DNA of 64,000 bases, from contig CAXXGO010000007.1 of assembly GCA_963666835.2 (NCBI GenBank), positions 32,001-96,000 of the forward strand. Direction: 5' to 3'. The first letter of the stretch is position 1. Each line of letters begins with the position of its first letter. The stretch is from Phycisphaerae bacterium. GTDB taxonomy: Bacteria > Planctomycetota > Phycisphaerae > UBA1845. Under the pieces are notes generated by a model. The model saw nothing but the letters and a program-made list of their open reading frames with translations, was not told the DNA's origin and did no database searches. Made by a program: the position numbers and the translations under genes. Below are positions 9,998 through 19,809 of the stretch, piece after piece.

Positions 9998-11458
9998 ATG
10001 GCGAAGAACAAGAACGGTGATTCGGAACCACCGGCCGACCCGAATGCCCGCTTGGTAACCAGCAAAGAAGACAAGCTCAAGGCCAAGAAGTGGTTCGACC
10101 GCGCCCGCGAGCTGGGCGACAAGCGGCAGTTCGACTACGCCATCGAGTATTACGTAAACGGCTTGGAATACTGGCCCAACGCGGTAGAGGAGGCCTGCAA
10201 GCCTCTTCACGGTTGCGCGGTCGCCCGCAGGCAGACCGGCGGCAAGAAACCCGGCATCCGCGACAGTATGAAGCACTCCATGAACGACAAGGACCCCAAG
10301 AAGGCGTTCCTGAACGCCGCTTGGCTGTTCGGTCATGATCCCGATAACGCCGACTACCTCGAAGGGATGGCCAAGACGGCTAATCGGCTCCGGGCGGAGG
10401 ATGCAGCCTTATGGGCGTGCGGCCTGTGCCGTAAGACCTTGGAAGGGTCCGCCAAGACCAACGCCAAGCAGTATTTGGCGCTGGCCGGGTTGTTCGAGGA
10501 AATCGGGGAGCGAGCCGCCGCTCGCGACGACGCGGCGCTTGGCGTCGAGGCTTTCAATTCGGGAGTTCAGTTACTCCACACCCTGCGAGCCCGGGTTTCT
10601 AAGGACCGAACCGTCGAAAACAGTCTGCGCGACCTATCCACCAAGCTGACCATCCTGAAAGGCAAATACCAGGAGGGCGAGTCCTTCCGGGATAGTATCC
10701 AGGACAAAGAAACTCAGAGGGTGTTGCACGATGAAGAGCGCACCATGCAGGCGGACGAGCGGGTCGAACAGCTCATCGCCCAGGCGGATCAGGCGTTTCG
10801 GGAGGCGCCGGACGACGCTCGTACCCTCAGCCGCCTCGTGGATTTGCTGTGCCGCCGGGAGAACGAAGAAGATGAGCTGCGCGCCATCGGCCTGCTCGTC
10901 GCCCAGTTTAAGCGGACCTCAGACTACCGCCACAAACACAATGCTGACGACATCCGCATGAAACAGCTCGGCCGAAAGGTCCGCCAGGCTACCAAGGCCG
11001 GCGACGAGGCCGCCGCCAAAGAGGCCCAGGTCGCAAGCCTTCGCTTCGATTTGGGCGTGTTCAAAGAACGGGTGGAGAGATACCCGACGGACAACCGGGT
11101 GAAGTTCGAATACGGGGTCCGGCTGTTCAAGGCCGGGAGATTCGACGACGCCATCCCCGCCTTTCAGGCTGCCCGCACCGATCCCAAGAACCGCAGTGCA
11201 TGTGGCCTGTATCTGGGGCGCTGCTTCTTCCGCAAAGGTTACTTCACCCAGGCGATAACCGCTCTGAAGTCGGAAATAGAAGCCCACGAGCACTCGGATG
11301 ACGATCTGGCTAAAGGCCTGCTTTACTGGCTAGGGAGGAGCTACGAGGCCGCGAAGGACGCAAAGAAGGCCGAACAGGTTTATGGAGAGATTCTCCAACT
11401 GGACTACAACTATAAGGACGTCCGTGCTAGAATGGACGGTCTGTCGTCGGCCGATTAG
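9998..11458 (+). CDS. Tetratricopeptide-repeat protein
   Basis: Helical TPR-like repeats; C-terminal YWLGRSYE...YGEILQLDYNYKDV. Confidence 0.8.
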   Translation: MAKNKNGDSEPPADPNARLVTSKEDKLKAKKWFDRARELGDKRQFDYAIEYYVNGLEYWPNAVEEACKPLHGCAVARRQTGGKKPGIRDSMKHSMNDKDPKKAFLNAAWLFGHDPDNADYLEGMAKTANRLRAEDAALWACGLCRKTLEGSAKTNAKQYLALAGLFEEIGERAAARDDAALGVEAFNSGVQLLHTLRARVSKDRTVENSLRDLSTKLTILKGKYQEGESFRDSIQDKETQRVLHDEERTMQADERVEQLIAQADQAFREAPDDARTLSRLVDLLCRRENEEDELRAIGLLVAQFKRTSDYRHKHNADDIRMKQLGRKVRQATKAGDEAAAKEAQVASLRFDLGVFKERVERYPTDNRVKFEYGVRLFKAGRFDDAIPAFQAARTDPKNRSACGLYLGRCFFRKGYFTQAITALKSEIEAHEHSDDDLAKGLLYWLGRSYEAAKDAKKAEQVYGEILQLDYNYKDVRARMDGLSSAD

Positions 11459-11503
11459 TGAGATAACGGACGGCAGGGAAGGCTTACTGACGGAGAAGAG
11501 ACT

Positions 11504-11782
11504 GTGGCGAATTTGCCTTCGGCCAAGAAGCGCAACAAGCAGAACGAACGTAACCGTATTCGCAATCGTGCCCGCAAGTCGGTGATAAAGACCGAAACGC
11601 GTAAGCTCTTGGATGCGATTCATGAGGGTGACGTTGACGCGGCACAAAGTGCGTTCGTTAAAGTGACGAAGAAGATCGACCAGGTAGCCGCGCATGGCAC
11701 TCTGCACAAGAATACCGCTGCCCGCAAGAAATCGCGGCTGGCGCGCCGGCTGAACGCGGCTCTGGCCGCAAAGAAAGCCTGA
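11504..11782 (+). CDS. rpsT: 30S ribosomal protein S20
   Basis: MANLPSAKKR...IRNRARKS...LHKNTAARKKSRL. Confidence 0.97.
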   Translation: MANLPSAKKRNKQNERNRIRNRARKSVIKTETRKLLDAIHEGDVDAAQSAFVKVTKKIDQVAAHGTLHKNTAARKKSRLARRLNAALAAKKA

Positions 11783-11872
11783 CCAGCGGGCGGGGGGTAG
11801 CCCCGCGCTCGTTTACGTAGAACACCCACGGGTGCTGCGGTCTGCGGCGCCCGTGTTTTTCTGCGCTAAGTT

Positions 11873-12469
11873 ATGACCGCACCGCAATCCGAAGAATACG
11901 TCTCGCGTGGCGGTGACAAGCTCGCGGCGGCGCTCGATCGTTTCGAGATCGAAGTTGATGGACTGGTTTGCGCCGACCTGGGGAGCCACGTCGGGGGCTT
12001 CGTGGATTGCCTGTTGCGCCGGGGCGCTCGGCGGGCGTATTCGGTGGACACTTCGTACGGTACCCTTGCGTGGAAACTCCGACGCGACCCCAGGGTCGTG
12101 GTCATCGAGCGGAAGAACGCCATGCACGTCGAACTGCCGGAGCTTTGCGAACTTGTCACCGTCGATGTGGGATGGACGCCGCAAGCAAAGATTCTGCCGA
12201 ACGTAGCCCGGATGCTGCAAGCGACAGGACGGGTCGTTACCTTGGTTAAGCCCCACTACGAGGCACCGCGCAAGTGGTTGGAAGGCGGTGTGCTTCCCGA
12301 CGCCAGGGTTGACGGCGTAGTCGGCAATGTGCTCGAGCAAGCCGCGGCCACGGGGTGGGAAGTGCTCGGCACCGTCCCCAGCCCAATACGAGGCCAGGGC
12401 GGAAACCAGGAGTTTCTCGCCCTGCTTACCCGCGCATGTGTAGCGCAAGCATCCTGCGTGCCAAGATGA
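11873..12469 (+). CDS. tlyA: TlyA-family RNA 2'-O-methyltransferase, short form without S4 domain
   Basis: YVSRGGDKL, DLGSHVGGFVDCLL, LVKPHYEA, SPIRGQGGNQEF. Confidence 0.8.
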   Translation: MTAPQSEEYVSRGGDKLAAALDRFEIEVDGLVCADLGSHVGGFVDCLLRRGARRAYSVDTSYGTLAWKLRRDPRVVVIERKNAMHVELPELCELVTVDVGWTPQAKILPNVARMLQATGRVVTLVKPHYEAPRKWLEGGVLPDARVDGVVGNVLEQAAATGWEVLGTVPSPIRGQGGNQEFLALLTRACVAQASCVPR

Positions 12470-12584
12470 TATGCAACTCAGTCGGCATGGGTAGGGCACG
12501 GTCGAGGTACGAGACCTGCCGCAAAGGAGCGCGTCATGCGAAAGCTGATTGCGGGATGGGGGTGCCCATCGGGTCCCGATCCGT

Positions 12585-14511
12585 GTCGGAGTAGGAATCC
12601 CGGTTACCCGGGACCCCCTCCACAGATCCCAGCGTGCGGGACTACCGCACTGGGCTCCTGCCTTGGGTCATAACGGCCAGGTGTCGGTCGGGGTAAGGAT
12701 GTAGGATTTTGGGAGCAGGTATCCACTGCTTGGCCAAACGGTTCATGCGGGCCCAGGTAATCCGAGTCTTCTCGCTGCGACGCCGGAGCGTCCAGCGCCA
12801 AAGACGGACAACCTCATCCCGAAATGCCGTTAAGGCCGGGTAGTTCCGCGGTACCGCATAATACTGATAGTACCCGCGAACCACCGCCCGCAAATACGCG
12901 CCCACCTCTCGGACGGGGGCATGCATACGTCGCCGAAGCTCTTGCTTAATCGCTTTGAGCTTCGCACGCCGTCGTTTCGCGACAGTCTGCCGTAGTACCG
13001 TGAACCTCCCACGCCGGGTCTTGCCACAGATGTGGCGAAAACCCAGAAACTCGAAGGTCGCCGGTTTGCCGCGGCCTTCTCGCTTGCGATTGGTCGACGC
13101 AAAACGGCCGAACTCAATCAGACGAGTCTTGTCCGCATGTAGCTCCAGCTTGAACTTCCGGAGGCGATCCGTCAGCTCATCCCGAAACCGCTCGGCATCC
13201 TCTCGCTGTTGAAATCCCACCACGAAGTCGTCCGCATATCTCACGATAATCACATCTCCGTGAGCTTGCGTCCGTCGCCATTGGCGGGCCCACAAGTCGA
13301 AGGCGTAATGGAGATAGATGTTCGCCAATAGCGGGCTGATACTGCCCCCCTGCGGCGTCCCCGTCTCCGTGTCCCTTCGACACCCGTCCTCCAGCACGCC
13401 GGCGTTCAGCCACTTCTTCACGTGACGCACGACACGCTGGTCTGCGATCCGGTGCTCGACGAACTTGATCAGCCAATCGTGGTCTATGGCATCGAAGAAT
13501 CCACGAATGTCTGCATCCAGCACCCAATTCACCTTCTTCCTCTCGATGCCGACAGTCAGGGCACTTAACGCCTGATGGGCGTCCCGTCCTGGTCGAAATC
13601 CGTAGGAGAACCCGAGGAAGTCTGCCTCGTAGACAGCCGAGAGCACATCGGTCATCGCCCGTTGGACGATCTTGTCTTCCAACACGGGAATCCCTATTGG
13701 TCTCTGCCGTCCATCGGGTTTCGGAATGTAGACCCGCTTGACCGGCCTCGCTCGGTACGCTCCGCGCTGTAGACGTGCCGACAGATCCAAGAGGTGTTCT
13801 TCTAGGTCCCTGCCGTACGCCTCCCATGTCATGCCGTCCATCCCCGGTGCCGAAGCATGCTTGAGGCTCAAGTACGCCTCCCGGAGGCGAGCGACATCAT
13901 AGACATGGTGCCAAAGCGTGGTGAACTGTAAATCCTTATCCTTTACCGCTGCCTGTCGTACCCGATCCAACCCGCTTTGCAGACGATCCCGGCTCTGCGT
14001 ACGGTGCCTGTTGTGTCGAATCGAGTTGCCCTTGGCCAGGCCCCTTTCCTCCAACTGCTCCGCGGACGACCTCCCCGCCGGGGGATCACCGTTGTTCGCA
14101 GTCTTCTTCGGTACTATGGGCCTGTCCGACTTCCCGCGCCCGTGCATCAGTGTCGTGCTCCTATGGATTCACACTGCGGACCTCGATGCCATGTTCGAGG
14201 CCGAACGCGGGATCTCCCGGGTTCCGCGTGAGGAGTTTCCGTGCGTGCTCGGGTTCTAAGACCGCGCGGAGTCCGAAAGGCGTCTCGCGTTAACGACGCC
14301 CTCCGGTGTTGCCTTCCGCCTTGGGGGACGGCGTCGGCACTCCGGAGTAAAAGGCTTTCACGGCTCAATGGCCGGCCCGCACGTGCCCCTGTCAACGCTC
14401 CCGCCATGCCCTTGCGGACACCACAGTATGACTCGGGGTCGGTGTGGTTCGCTATTCCTTCACCGTATGGCTCTCTCATCCACTACTCCTCACCGGCTTA
14501 CCGGCGCTTTC
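12585..14511 (-). mobile_element. Full-length group II intron (IIB-like, bacterial class E type) inserted in a dispersed repeat
   Basis: Domain V GAGCCCAGTGCGGTAGTCCCGCACGCTGGGATC; domain VI with bulged A 8 nt from the terminal AC at 12585; flanks rejoin to match the repeat at 7760-7930; 5' boundary uncertain by 2 nt. Confidence 0.9.
12642..14147 (-). CDS. ltrA: Group II intron reverse transcriptase/maturase without endonuclease domain
   Basis: IPKPDGRQRPIGIP, DADIRGFFD, GTPQGGSISPLLANIYL, RYADD, maturase ILHPYP; no HNH motif. Confidence 0.95.
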   Translation of the reverse strand: MHGRGKSDRPIVPKKTANNGDPPAGRSSAEQLEERGLAKGNSIRHNRHRTQSRDRLQSGLDRVRQAAVKDKDLQFTTLWHHVYDVARLREAYLSLKHASAPGMDGMTWEAYGRDLEEHLLDLSARLQRGAYRARPVKRVYIPKPDGRQRPIGIPVLEDKIVQRAMTDVLSAVYEADFLGFSYGFRPGRDAHQALSALTVGIERKKVNWVLDADIRGFFDAIDHDWLIKFVEHRIADQRVVRHVKKWLNAGVLEDGCRRDTETGTPQGGSISPLLANIYLHYAFDLWARQWRRTQAHGDVIIVRYADDFVVGFQQREDAERFRDELTDRLRKFKLELHADKTRLIEFGRFASTNRKREGRGKPATFEFLGFRHICGKTRRGRFTVLRQTVAKRRRAKLKAIKQELRRRMHAPVREVGAYLRAVVRGYYQYYAVPRNYPALTAFRDEVVRLWRWTLRRRSEKTRITWARMNRLAKQWIPAPKILHPYPDRHLAVMTQGRSPVR

Positions 14512-14621
14512 CCCCCACCCATTCCGGCGGGGAGCCGGCGTTACTGTCCCAGCTTGGCAAATGCCGGAATGGATGGGGCACCCGCGCCGACCAAGGGGTA
14601 AGACCAAACGGTTGTCCGCAA

Positions 14622-14855
14622 CTATGTGACCGTCAGAAGGACCAGCGCGGCCACCAGCAACAGAACGACCACGGCCGCGATCCACCGTTTCGACGAACCG
14701 CCCGGATCCACCGGGATGATCCAGTCGCCGCAGTGTGGACATTGCTGCGTATCTTCGTGAACCAGATTCTTGCAGGCGGGGCAGGCCAGGTAGACGTCGT
14801 CCTCGTCGCCTTCGTCCTCGACCCACTCCTCGTCCGGGAGGTCGTCGTAATCCAT
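14622..14855 (-). CDS. Small zinc-ribbon membrane protein
   Basis: Acidic N-terminus, CPAC...CPHC, C-terminal TM helix. Confidence 0.75.
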   Translation of the reverse strand: MDYDDLPDEEWVEDEGDEDDVYLACPACKNLVHEDTQQCPHCGDWIIPVDPGGSSKRWIAAVVVLLLVAALVLLTVT

Positions 14856-14897
14856 GACAGAGACTCCGGCAGTTCCGCGCCGCCGACGCGGACCGCG

Positions 14898-15494
14898 TCA
14901 ATCGTTCGGGGGAGGGGTGGCCTTGACGACCTTGATCATGTTCTTGAACTCCGGAGTGTCACACCGGTTGCACAGCTCGAACAGAACGCTCTCCACGGTG
15001 GTGATGAACGCCCCCTCCTGCCGCATCCGCTCGAGCGCGTTCTCGTAATCCAACCGCCCGCGCGAACCGACTGCATCGGCGCAGACGAAAACGTCGTAAT
15101 CCATCGCCCGCAGATCGAGGGTGGTCTGCTGCACGCAGACGTGAGCTTCGATCCCGATCACAATCGCCTGCGGCCGGTCGAGTTTCTGCAACGCTTCCCG
15201 GACCGGTGGCTCACCGCACGAGCTGAAGGTCATCTTCTCGATCACCGTGGCGTCCGCGGCCTGCAAACACTGCTGAATGTCCGGCTGCGTCGCACCGATG
15301 CCCTTCGGGTACTGCTCCGTAGCCAACACCGGCATCGAAAAGCAGCGCAGGCCGTCCAGCAGCTTCCGCGCGGCCGCCACGACCCGGTCCTGATGGCCGA
15401 TACTCGGCAACAACTTCTCCTGAATATCGATTACGAATGCAAACGCCCGCTCGACGTCAAGCTGATTAGCACGCATCATGGTTAGTAGCTCCAT
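14898..15494 (-). CDS. Isochorismatase-family (cysteine) hydrolase
   Basis: VIDIQEKL, TEQYPKGIG, KMTFS, GIEAHVCVQQT. Confidence 0.9.
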   Translation of the reverse strand: MELLTMMRANQLDVERAFAFVIDIQEKLLPSIGHQDRVVAAARKLLDGLRCFSMPVLATEQYPKGIGATQPDIQQCLQAADATVIEKMTFSSCGEPPVREALQKLDRPQAIVIGIEAHVCVQQTTLDLRAMDYDVFVCADAVGSRGRLDYENALERMRQEGAFITTVESVLFELCNRCDTPEFKNMIKVVKATPPPND

Positions 15495-15599
15495 CTCGCC
15501 GACCGGAGTCTACGAACGCCCCGCCTGTCCGTCAACGCACGCTATGTAGGTATGGTCGACGTACCAGACCTACTGCGTTCTTTGCGCGACGCGCCAGGA

Positions 15600-15735
15600 T
15601 GGCGGCAGGTCTCGTGCCTCGACCGTGCCCTACCCGCGCGGACAGCGATGTCTGTCGCGTTGTAGGTAAGATGCCTGCGCTACATGCGCCGGCGCTGTTT
15701 GTCGCGCTGCAGGCAGGATGCCTACGCTACGCATT
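15600..15735. repeat. REP cluster
   Basis: GGCAGGTCTCGTGCCTCGACCGTGCCCTAC and two GCAGGATGCCT(G/A)CGCTAC-type units. Confidence 0.75.
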
Positions 15736-15849
15736 TCGACGCTGCCCTGCACGCGCCTGCGCTGCCCCGCAGTCTTCCGCAGTTGACCCATGACACCAAG
15801 TTGGCACCTCCCGCCGGGCATGGTTCGGCGTGCTTTGGTTTTCTGTTTC

Positions 15850-16530
15850 TTACGAGCCTATTTCGGTCAGCTCCACGGTGAAGTCCACGTCGGAGCTGAA
15901 GAGCTCCTCGTCCTCGTGCATATCCTCGACCCAGATGTAGGCCCCTTCGCAGATCGTGTCGGTTCCCGGCGGCATGGTCATTCCCCCGCCGAATATAGCA
16001 GCGAAGGTATTGAGGGTGCCGTCGGCTCCGGGGAGCGTCAAGTCGTCAGCAACCACGGTCGTCGTGTAAGTCTCGGTCTGTTCTTCGGTAATCGTCCCGA
16101 CAAGCTGGATGCAGTTCGGCCCGACGATCGTATCCCAATAAGCCTCCCACTCCACCTTCCCGGTCAGCACGAAGCTGGAGGGTTCCCAGAAGATCGTGGC
16201 ACCGTCGGACTCCTTCGGCGTGTAGTCGTAGGTCACCCGATAGTCGATCTCCACCGTCGTGGTCTCGCCCGGAGCCAACGTGAATGTGCCCTCCGCCTCG
16301 AGAGTACTCTCTCCGTTGTGCGTCGGCATATCCACATTACTCGTTCCGTAGTGCTCAATCCGAAAAGTCTTGGCTCCGACCGCCACGGCATTATCGTTGT
16401 TGTTCTCTCCCGTCGGGTCGTCCCCGGCCGGAGGGACCGCACATGCCCCGACCATCACGCAGACAAGACCCGCCAAGGCCACCAAACGCAGCGATGCACC
16501 CGAGAAACTACGAAAACCAGCCTGATTCAT
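15850..16530 (-). CDS. Hypothetical lipoprotein
   Basis: Signal with VGAC lipobox-like motif; acidic, beta-rich body. Confidence 0.65.
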   Translation of the reverse strand: MNQAGFRSFSGASLRLVALAGLVCVMVGACAVPPAGDDPTGENNNDNAVAVGAKTFRIEHYGTSNVDMPTHNGESTLEAEGTFTLAPGETTTVEIDYRVTYDYTPKESDGATIFWEPSSFVLTGKVEWEAYWDTIVGPNCIQLVGTITEEQTETYTTTVVADDLTLPGADGTLNTFAAIFGGGMTMPPGTDTICEGAYIWVEDMHEDEELFSSDVDFTVELTEIGS

Positions 16531-16841
16531 GATTGCCCTCCCGAACACTCAGAATGTACGCACACTCTTCAACGCCACAGACCCGCGTCTGCGGTTGCCA
16601 AACAGAGCCTCCATCGCCGGGCGGAGGCGTTAGCCTGCCATTAAAGGGATGTCTCTACCGAAAGACAGAGGTCTCGTTCGACCGCGCTTGAAGATGATAC
16701 ATGCACGGGGCTGCGGCGCCAAGGTGGTTTGTGATACTTGCGGCAGCTTGGGATGTGCGTTTCGATCGTCGAAAGGGCGCCGGCGCCGGGTCCGCGAAAT
16801 GGGGCTCGCGGACCCGGCACTCACGGCCGGCGCGTTACGCT

Positions 16842-17693
16842 CTATTCTTCGCCGTATCCGTCGCCGGGGTGGTGCTTGCCGCGACCTTCCCGGGGCTTTC
16901 GTCCGTGCCCGTCGCGTGGGCGGTCCTTGCGCGCCTGGCGGGCTTCTTCCTTGCTCAGCACGCCGTCACCGTCGAGATCGGCCTCCGGATTCAACTCGAG
17001 GATCCTGGCGGCGCGCTTCTCGAGTTGCTCCGCGTGCAGAGCGTCGAGTTCCGCGTCAGACAGAGTGCCGTCACCATCGGTGTCAGCTTCCGGATGTCGC
17101 TCGAGCACCCGGGCACGCATCTCGTCCTTGATCGCCGCCAGTTCGGCGTCGTCGATCACCCCGTTGCCGTCGGTGTCCGCTTCGGGCATTCTCCTGGCAA
17201 GTCCGGTCAACATCCGTTCCCGCGCCTTGGCGGCGAAGGCCTTCCATTCGTCGTTGCTCAGCACGCCGTCACCGTCCGCGTCGGCCCCGGGGAACCGTTC
17301 CAAATCGAACTCGGCAGGTGGGGTGTCCGAAGCGAGCAACTCCAGGCGCTTCAACAGACCTCCAAGCTGCTCTCCCGGGCCTTCACCTGCACCCATGTGT
17401 TTGCCACGCATGCCACGATGCCCTTTGCCACGAGGACCGCGCTCGGCGCGCTGGCAGCGCGGCGTCCGCTCGTCCCCGAAGTTCTCCTCCAAGAAAGTCC
17501 GGACTTCCTCATGTGTCAGAGAACCGTCACCGTTAGCATCGATGCCATCGTCTCCGAACCGCTCGAGCAACTTAACCTGCCGAGCGGCGGGAATCGGATC
17601 GTCCGCTCCGTCGTCCGCCACCGCCGTACTCGCCGTCGTTATCGTCCAAGCCAATCCCGCTACGAGGAATCCTCTCATGTATGTTCTCATCAC
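16842..17693 (-). CDS. Secreted EF-hand-repeat protein
   Basis: Five DxD/NGDGxL/I loops (DANGDGSL, DADGDGVL, DTDGNGVI, DTDGDGTL, DLDGDGVL); signal peptide. Confidence 0.85.
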   Translation of the reverse strand: MMRTYMRGFLVAGLAWTITTASTAVADDGADDPIPAARQVKLLERFGDDGIDANGDGSLTHEEVRTFLEENFGDERTPRCQRAERGPRGKGHRGMRGKHMGAGEGPGEQLGGLLKRLELLASDTPPAEFDLERFPGADADGDGVLSNDEWKAFAAKARERMLTGLARRMPEADTDGNGVIDDAELAAIKDEMRARVLERHPEADTDGDGTLSDAELDALHAEQLEKRAARILELNPEADLDGDGVLSKEEARQARKDRPRDGHGRKPREGRGKHHPGDGYGEE

Positions 17694-18283
17694 TCTTTCT
17701 CCCTTACTGGTTGTGGTTCAATCCAATCTTTCGGGCCGCGGTGCTCTCCCGTCTTACCGCGCCCAACCCGTCCGCGGGGGCCATGGAGAGCCTTAAGACC
17801 CCCTCGCTCGGGACCGCCGTGCCGAAAAGCCCGGCGGATCATCTCATCGAAGACCTCGTGCTGCTCCGGTCTCAACAGCTTTCTGCTGTCGAGAAAATGC
17901 TGCACGATCTCATTACTCATTTGCCGGCGTAAGCGGGCGGTTTCGTCCAACTGCGCGGCAATAGCCTGGCGGTCGGGTTCGGGTGCCGTCATCAGATCCG
18001 TAAGCCTCTCCCCGGCCGCCTTGAGTTGTTGCCGCACCCCGCTGACCCGTTCGTACATTTCATTCCGACTCTGCTCCAGGAGAGCCGCCTGATCCGGGTC
18101 CAACTGAAGTTCCTTGGCAAGATCCAGCTTGCCCTGGCGACCCTCATGGCGCTTACCGAAACCGGGCAATGCACCGCGATGATAGGCCATCACTCCGAAG
18201 GTCAACCCGACCCCGATGTTGAACGCCAGCGACACGATCAACAGCAGTGAGAGCGATCGGCGACTCCAACCTTCCCAGGCCAT
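17690..18283 (-). CDS. Spy/CpxP-like periplasmic (metal-sensor) protein
   Basis: N-terminal TM with SLAFNIG, L-x-L-x-x-x-Q motif and LLRPEQ repeat. Confidence 0.75.
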   Translation of the reverse strand: MAWEGWSRRSLSLLLIVSLAFNIGVGLTFGVMAYHRGALPGFGKRHEGRQGKLDLAKELQLDPDQAALLEQSRNEMYERVSGVRQQLKAAGERLTDLMTAPEPDRQAIAAQLDETARLRRQMSNEIVQHFLDSRKLLRPEQHEVFDEMIRRAFRHGGPERGGLKALHGPRGRVGRGKTGEHRGPKDWIEPQPVREKE

Positions 18284-18286
18284 CTC

Positions 18287-18748
18287 TTAATCCTCCGCAT
18301 CCGGCAGCAACGCCAGAAGCTGCTCGTCAAAGGAACTCTCGGACAACACGTCGGAATACGAACTCACGGCAGTCCCGCCGTTCGATTCGACGGACGATCC
18401 CACCGACGACGATAGCCCGCCCACCATGATCGTCAGCAGCACTCCGCACGAGAATGCCGCCGCTCCCAAACCAAGCGGAGCCGGGCGAAGAAACTCGAGC
18501 CACGTCCGTGACACCCTCGCTCCGGAATCCCCTACCGGAAGTTGGGCCAAGACTCTGCTACTGAAACCCCACCGCGGCTCCGGGGCCGACAGCTTGCCCA
18601 AATCGGCGGTGAAACCCGCAACATCCGCGAGGAACGCCCGGCAACCGGCGCATCCGGCCAGATGGTCTTCCAGGAGCCCGTTTAGTGGCTCGCTGAGCTC
18701 GCCATCGAGCCGGGCCGAGATCAGTTTTTGAGCTTTCCTGCATCGCAC
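18287..18748 (-). CDS. Zinc-finger (zf-HC2) anti-sigma factor
   Basis: CRKAQKLISARLDGEL...HLAGCAGC plus TM helix. Confidence 0.88.
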   Translation of the reverse strand: MRCRKAQKLISARLDGELSEPLNGLLEDHLAGCAGCRAFLADVAGFTADLGKLSAPEPRWGFSSRVLAQLPVGDSGARVSRTWLEFLRPAPLGLGAAAFSCGVLLTIMVGGLSSSVGSSVESNGGTAVSSYSDVLSESSFDEQLLALLPDAED

Positions 18749-18767
18749 GGGAATTCACCAGTTCCTT

Positions 18768-19406
18768 TCACAGGGTTTCAGCACCCAATCCGGGCGAAAC
18801 TTGCGGTGACTCGATATCCTCGCTCTCGTTCTCCAGGAGCTTCCGAAGACGCCTTCTCGCCCGGAAAAGTAGCGATTCCACGGACGAAACGGTGGTTTCC
18901 AGCACTTCGGCAATTTCTGCGTATGAAAGACCGTGGAAATGGCGGAGTACGATAACCGCGCGCTGCGGGCGCGCGAGCCGCCCGAGCGCCTCGCGGACGG
19001 AAGCGGCCTGTTCGTCCGCCGCCATGCGGTCGGCCGCGGATTCAGGATCGTCCGGCAATGCCGCCGGTCCCTCATCGCCGGGCAAAGACGCCGTTCGACG
19101 CAGACGCCACCACCGTCGGTAATTCAGCGCCGTATTCGTGGCCAGCCGCAACAGGTAAGTTGTGGTCTTGGCGCGCGGCGTGTACGCCGGCGCGGCCTTC
19201 CAGGCCTTCAGAAAGACGTCCTGGGTAAGATCCTCGGCCGTGCAACGGTCCACATTGCCGAGGAATCTGTAGATGAACTGCATGACACCGCGATGATGGC
19301 GCTCCACCAGCGTGCCGAACGCGCTGCGATCACCCCGACCGGCCGCAACTAATAGGTCCTCGTCGCTACACATCGATACTCTGTTATCGGTGGTCTCGCG
19401 GCTCAC
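18768..19406 (-). CDS. ECF RNA polymerase sigma factor
   Basis: AEDLTQDVFLKAW; region 4 LSYAEIAEVL...VESLLFRAR. Confidence 0.93.
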   Translation of the reverse strand: MSRETTDNRVSMCSDEDLLVAAGRGDRSAFGTLVERHHRGVMQFIYRFLGNVDRCTAEDLTQDVFLKAWKAAPAYTPRAKTTTYLLRLATNTALNYRRWWRLRRTASLPGDEGPAALPDDPESAADRMAADEQAASVREALGRLARPQRAVIVLRHFHGLSYAEIAEVLETTVSSVESLLFRARRRLRKLLENESEDIESPQVSPGLGAETL

Positions 19407-19594
19407 GAGTGCCTTTCTTCCGATCTAACGCCGGATCCCCGATTACGCCCTCGGCCACATGGGCGTTTCCCACTTCTTCTAACTCCGAACCCGGCCCAAA
19501 CTTGCACCGGCTTGCCAGGAAACTCGCCTGTTACAAAGAGGACATCTTCGGATCGGGTACGGTATTCACGGGTGGAAGCCCGCCCTCGAGGCGG

Positions 19595-19705
19595 CAGGGT
19601 CCGCAGTGCGGACCGATTGGTTCTCGCCACAGATGGTAGATGGATACGGTCCGCTCTGCGGACCAACAGCCTCACCACAATGTTGGTCCGCGGAGCCGAC
19701 CCTAC
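19595..19705. repeat. REP cluster, GGTCCGCnnnGCGGACC(CTAC) family
   Basis: Three copies here; others at 39605-39625 and about 50717-50735. Confidence 0.8.
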
Positions 19706-19809
19706 GGATTTTGAATCTGCGGGGGCCTTGCGGTTGGTGGATCGGGTTGTTGGACAACGGTGGGGGCTCCGATAGACTTCCATGGCGACGGAACACTGGA
19801 GGCTCGGAA

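Noticed and set aside
12642..14147. Retron, DGR or defence reverse transcriptase
   Set aside because: Has a maturase domain and flanking DV/DVI; no TR/VR pair or msr-msd seen
14241..15485. Long alternative ORFs (also 562-1161, 16701-18092, 37719-38891, 43141-44772)
   Set aside because: Antisense shadows of well-supported genes or intron RNA in GC-rich DNA
19606..19809. N-terminal extension of hisS
   Set aside because: Runs through REP palindromes; RBS plus TTG at 19810 fits better
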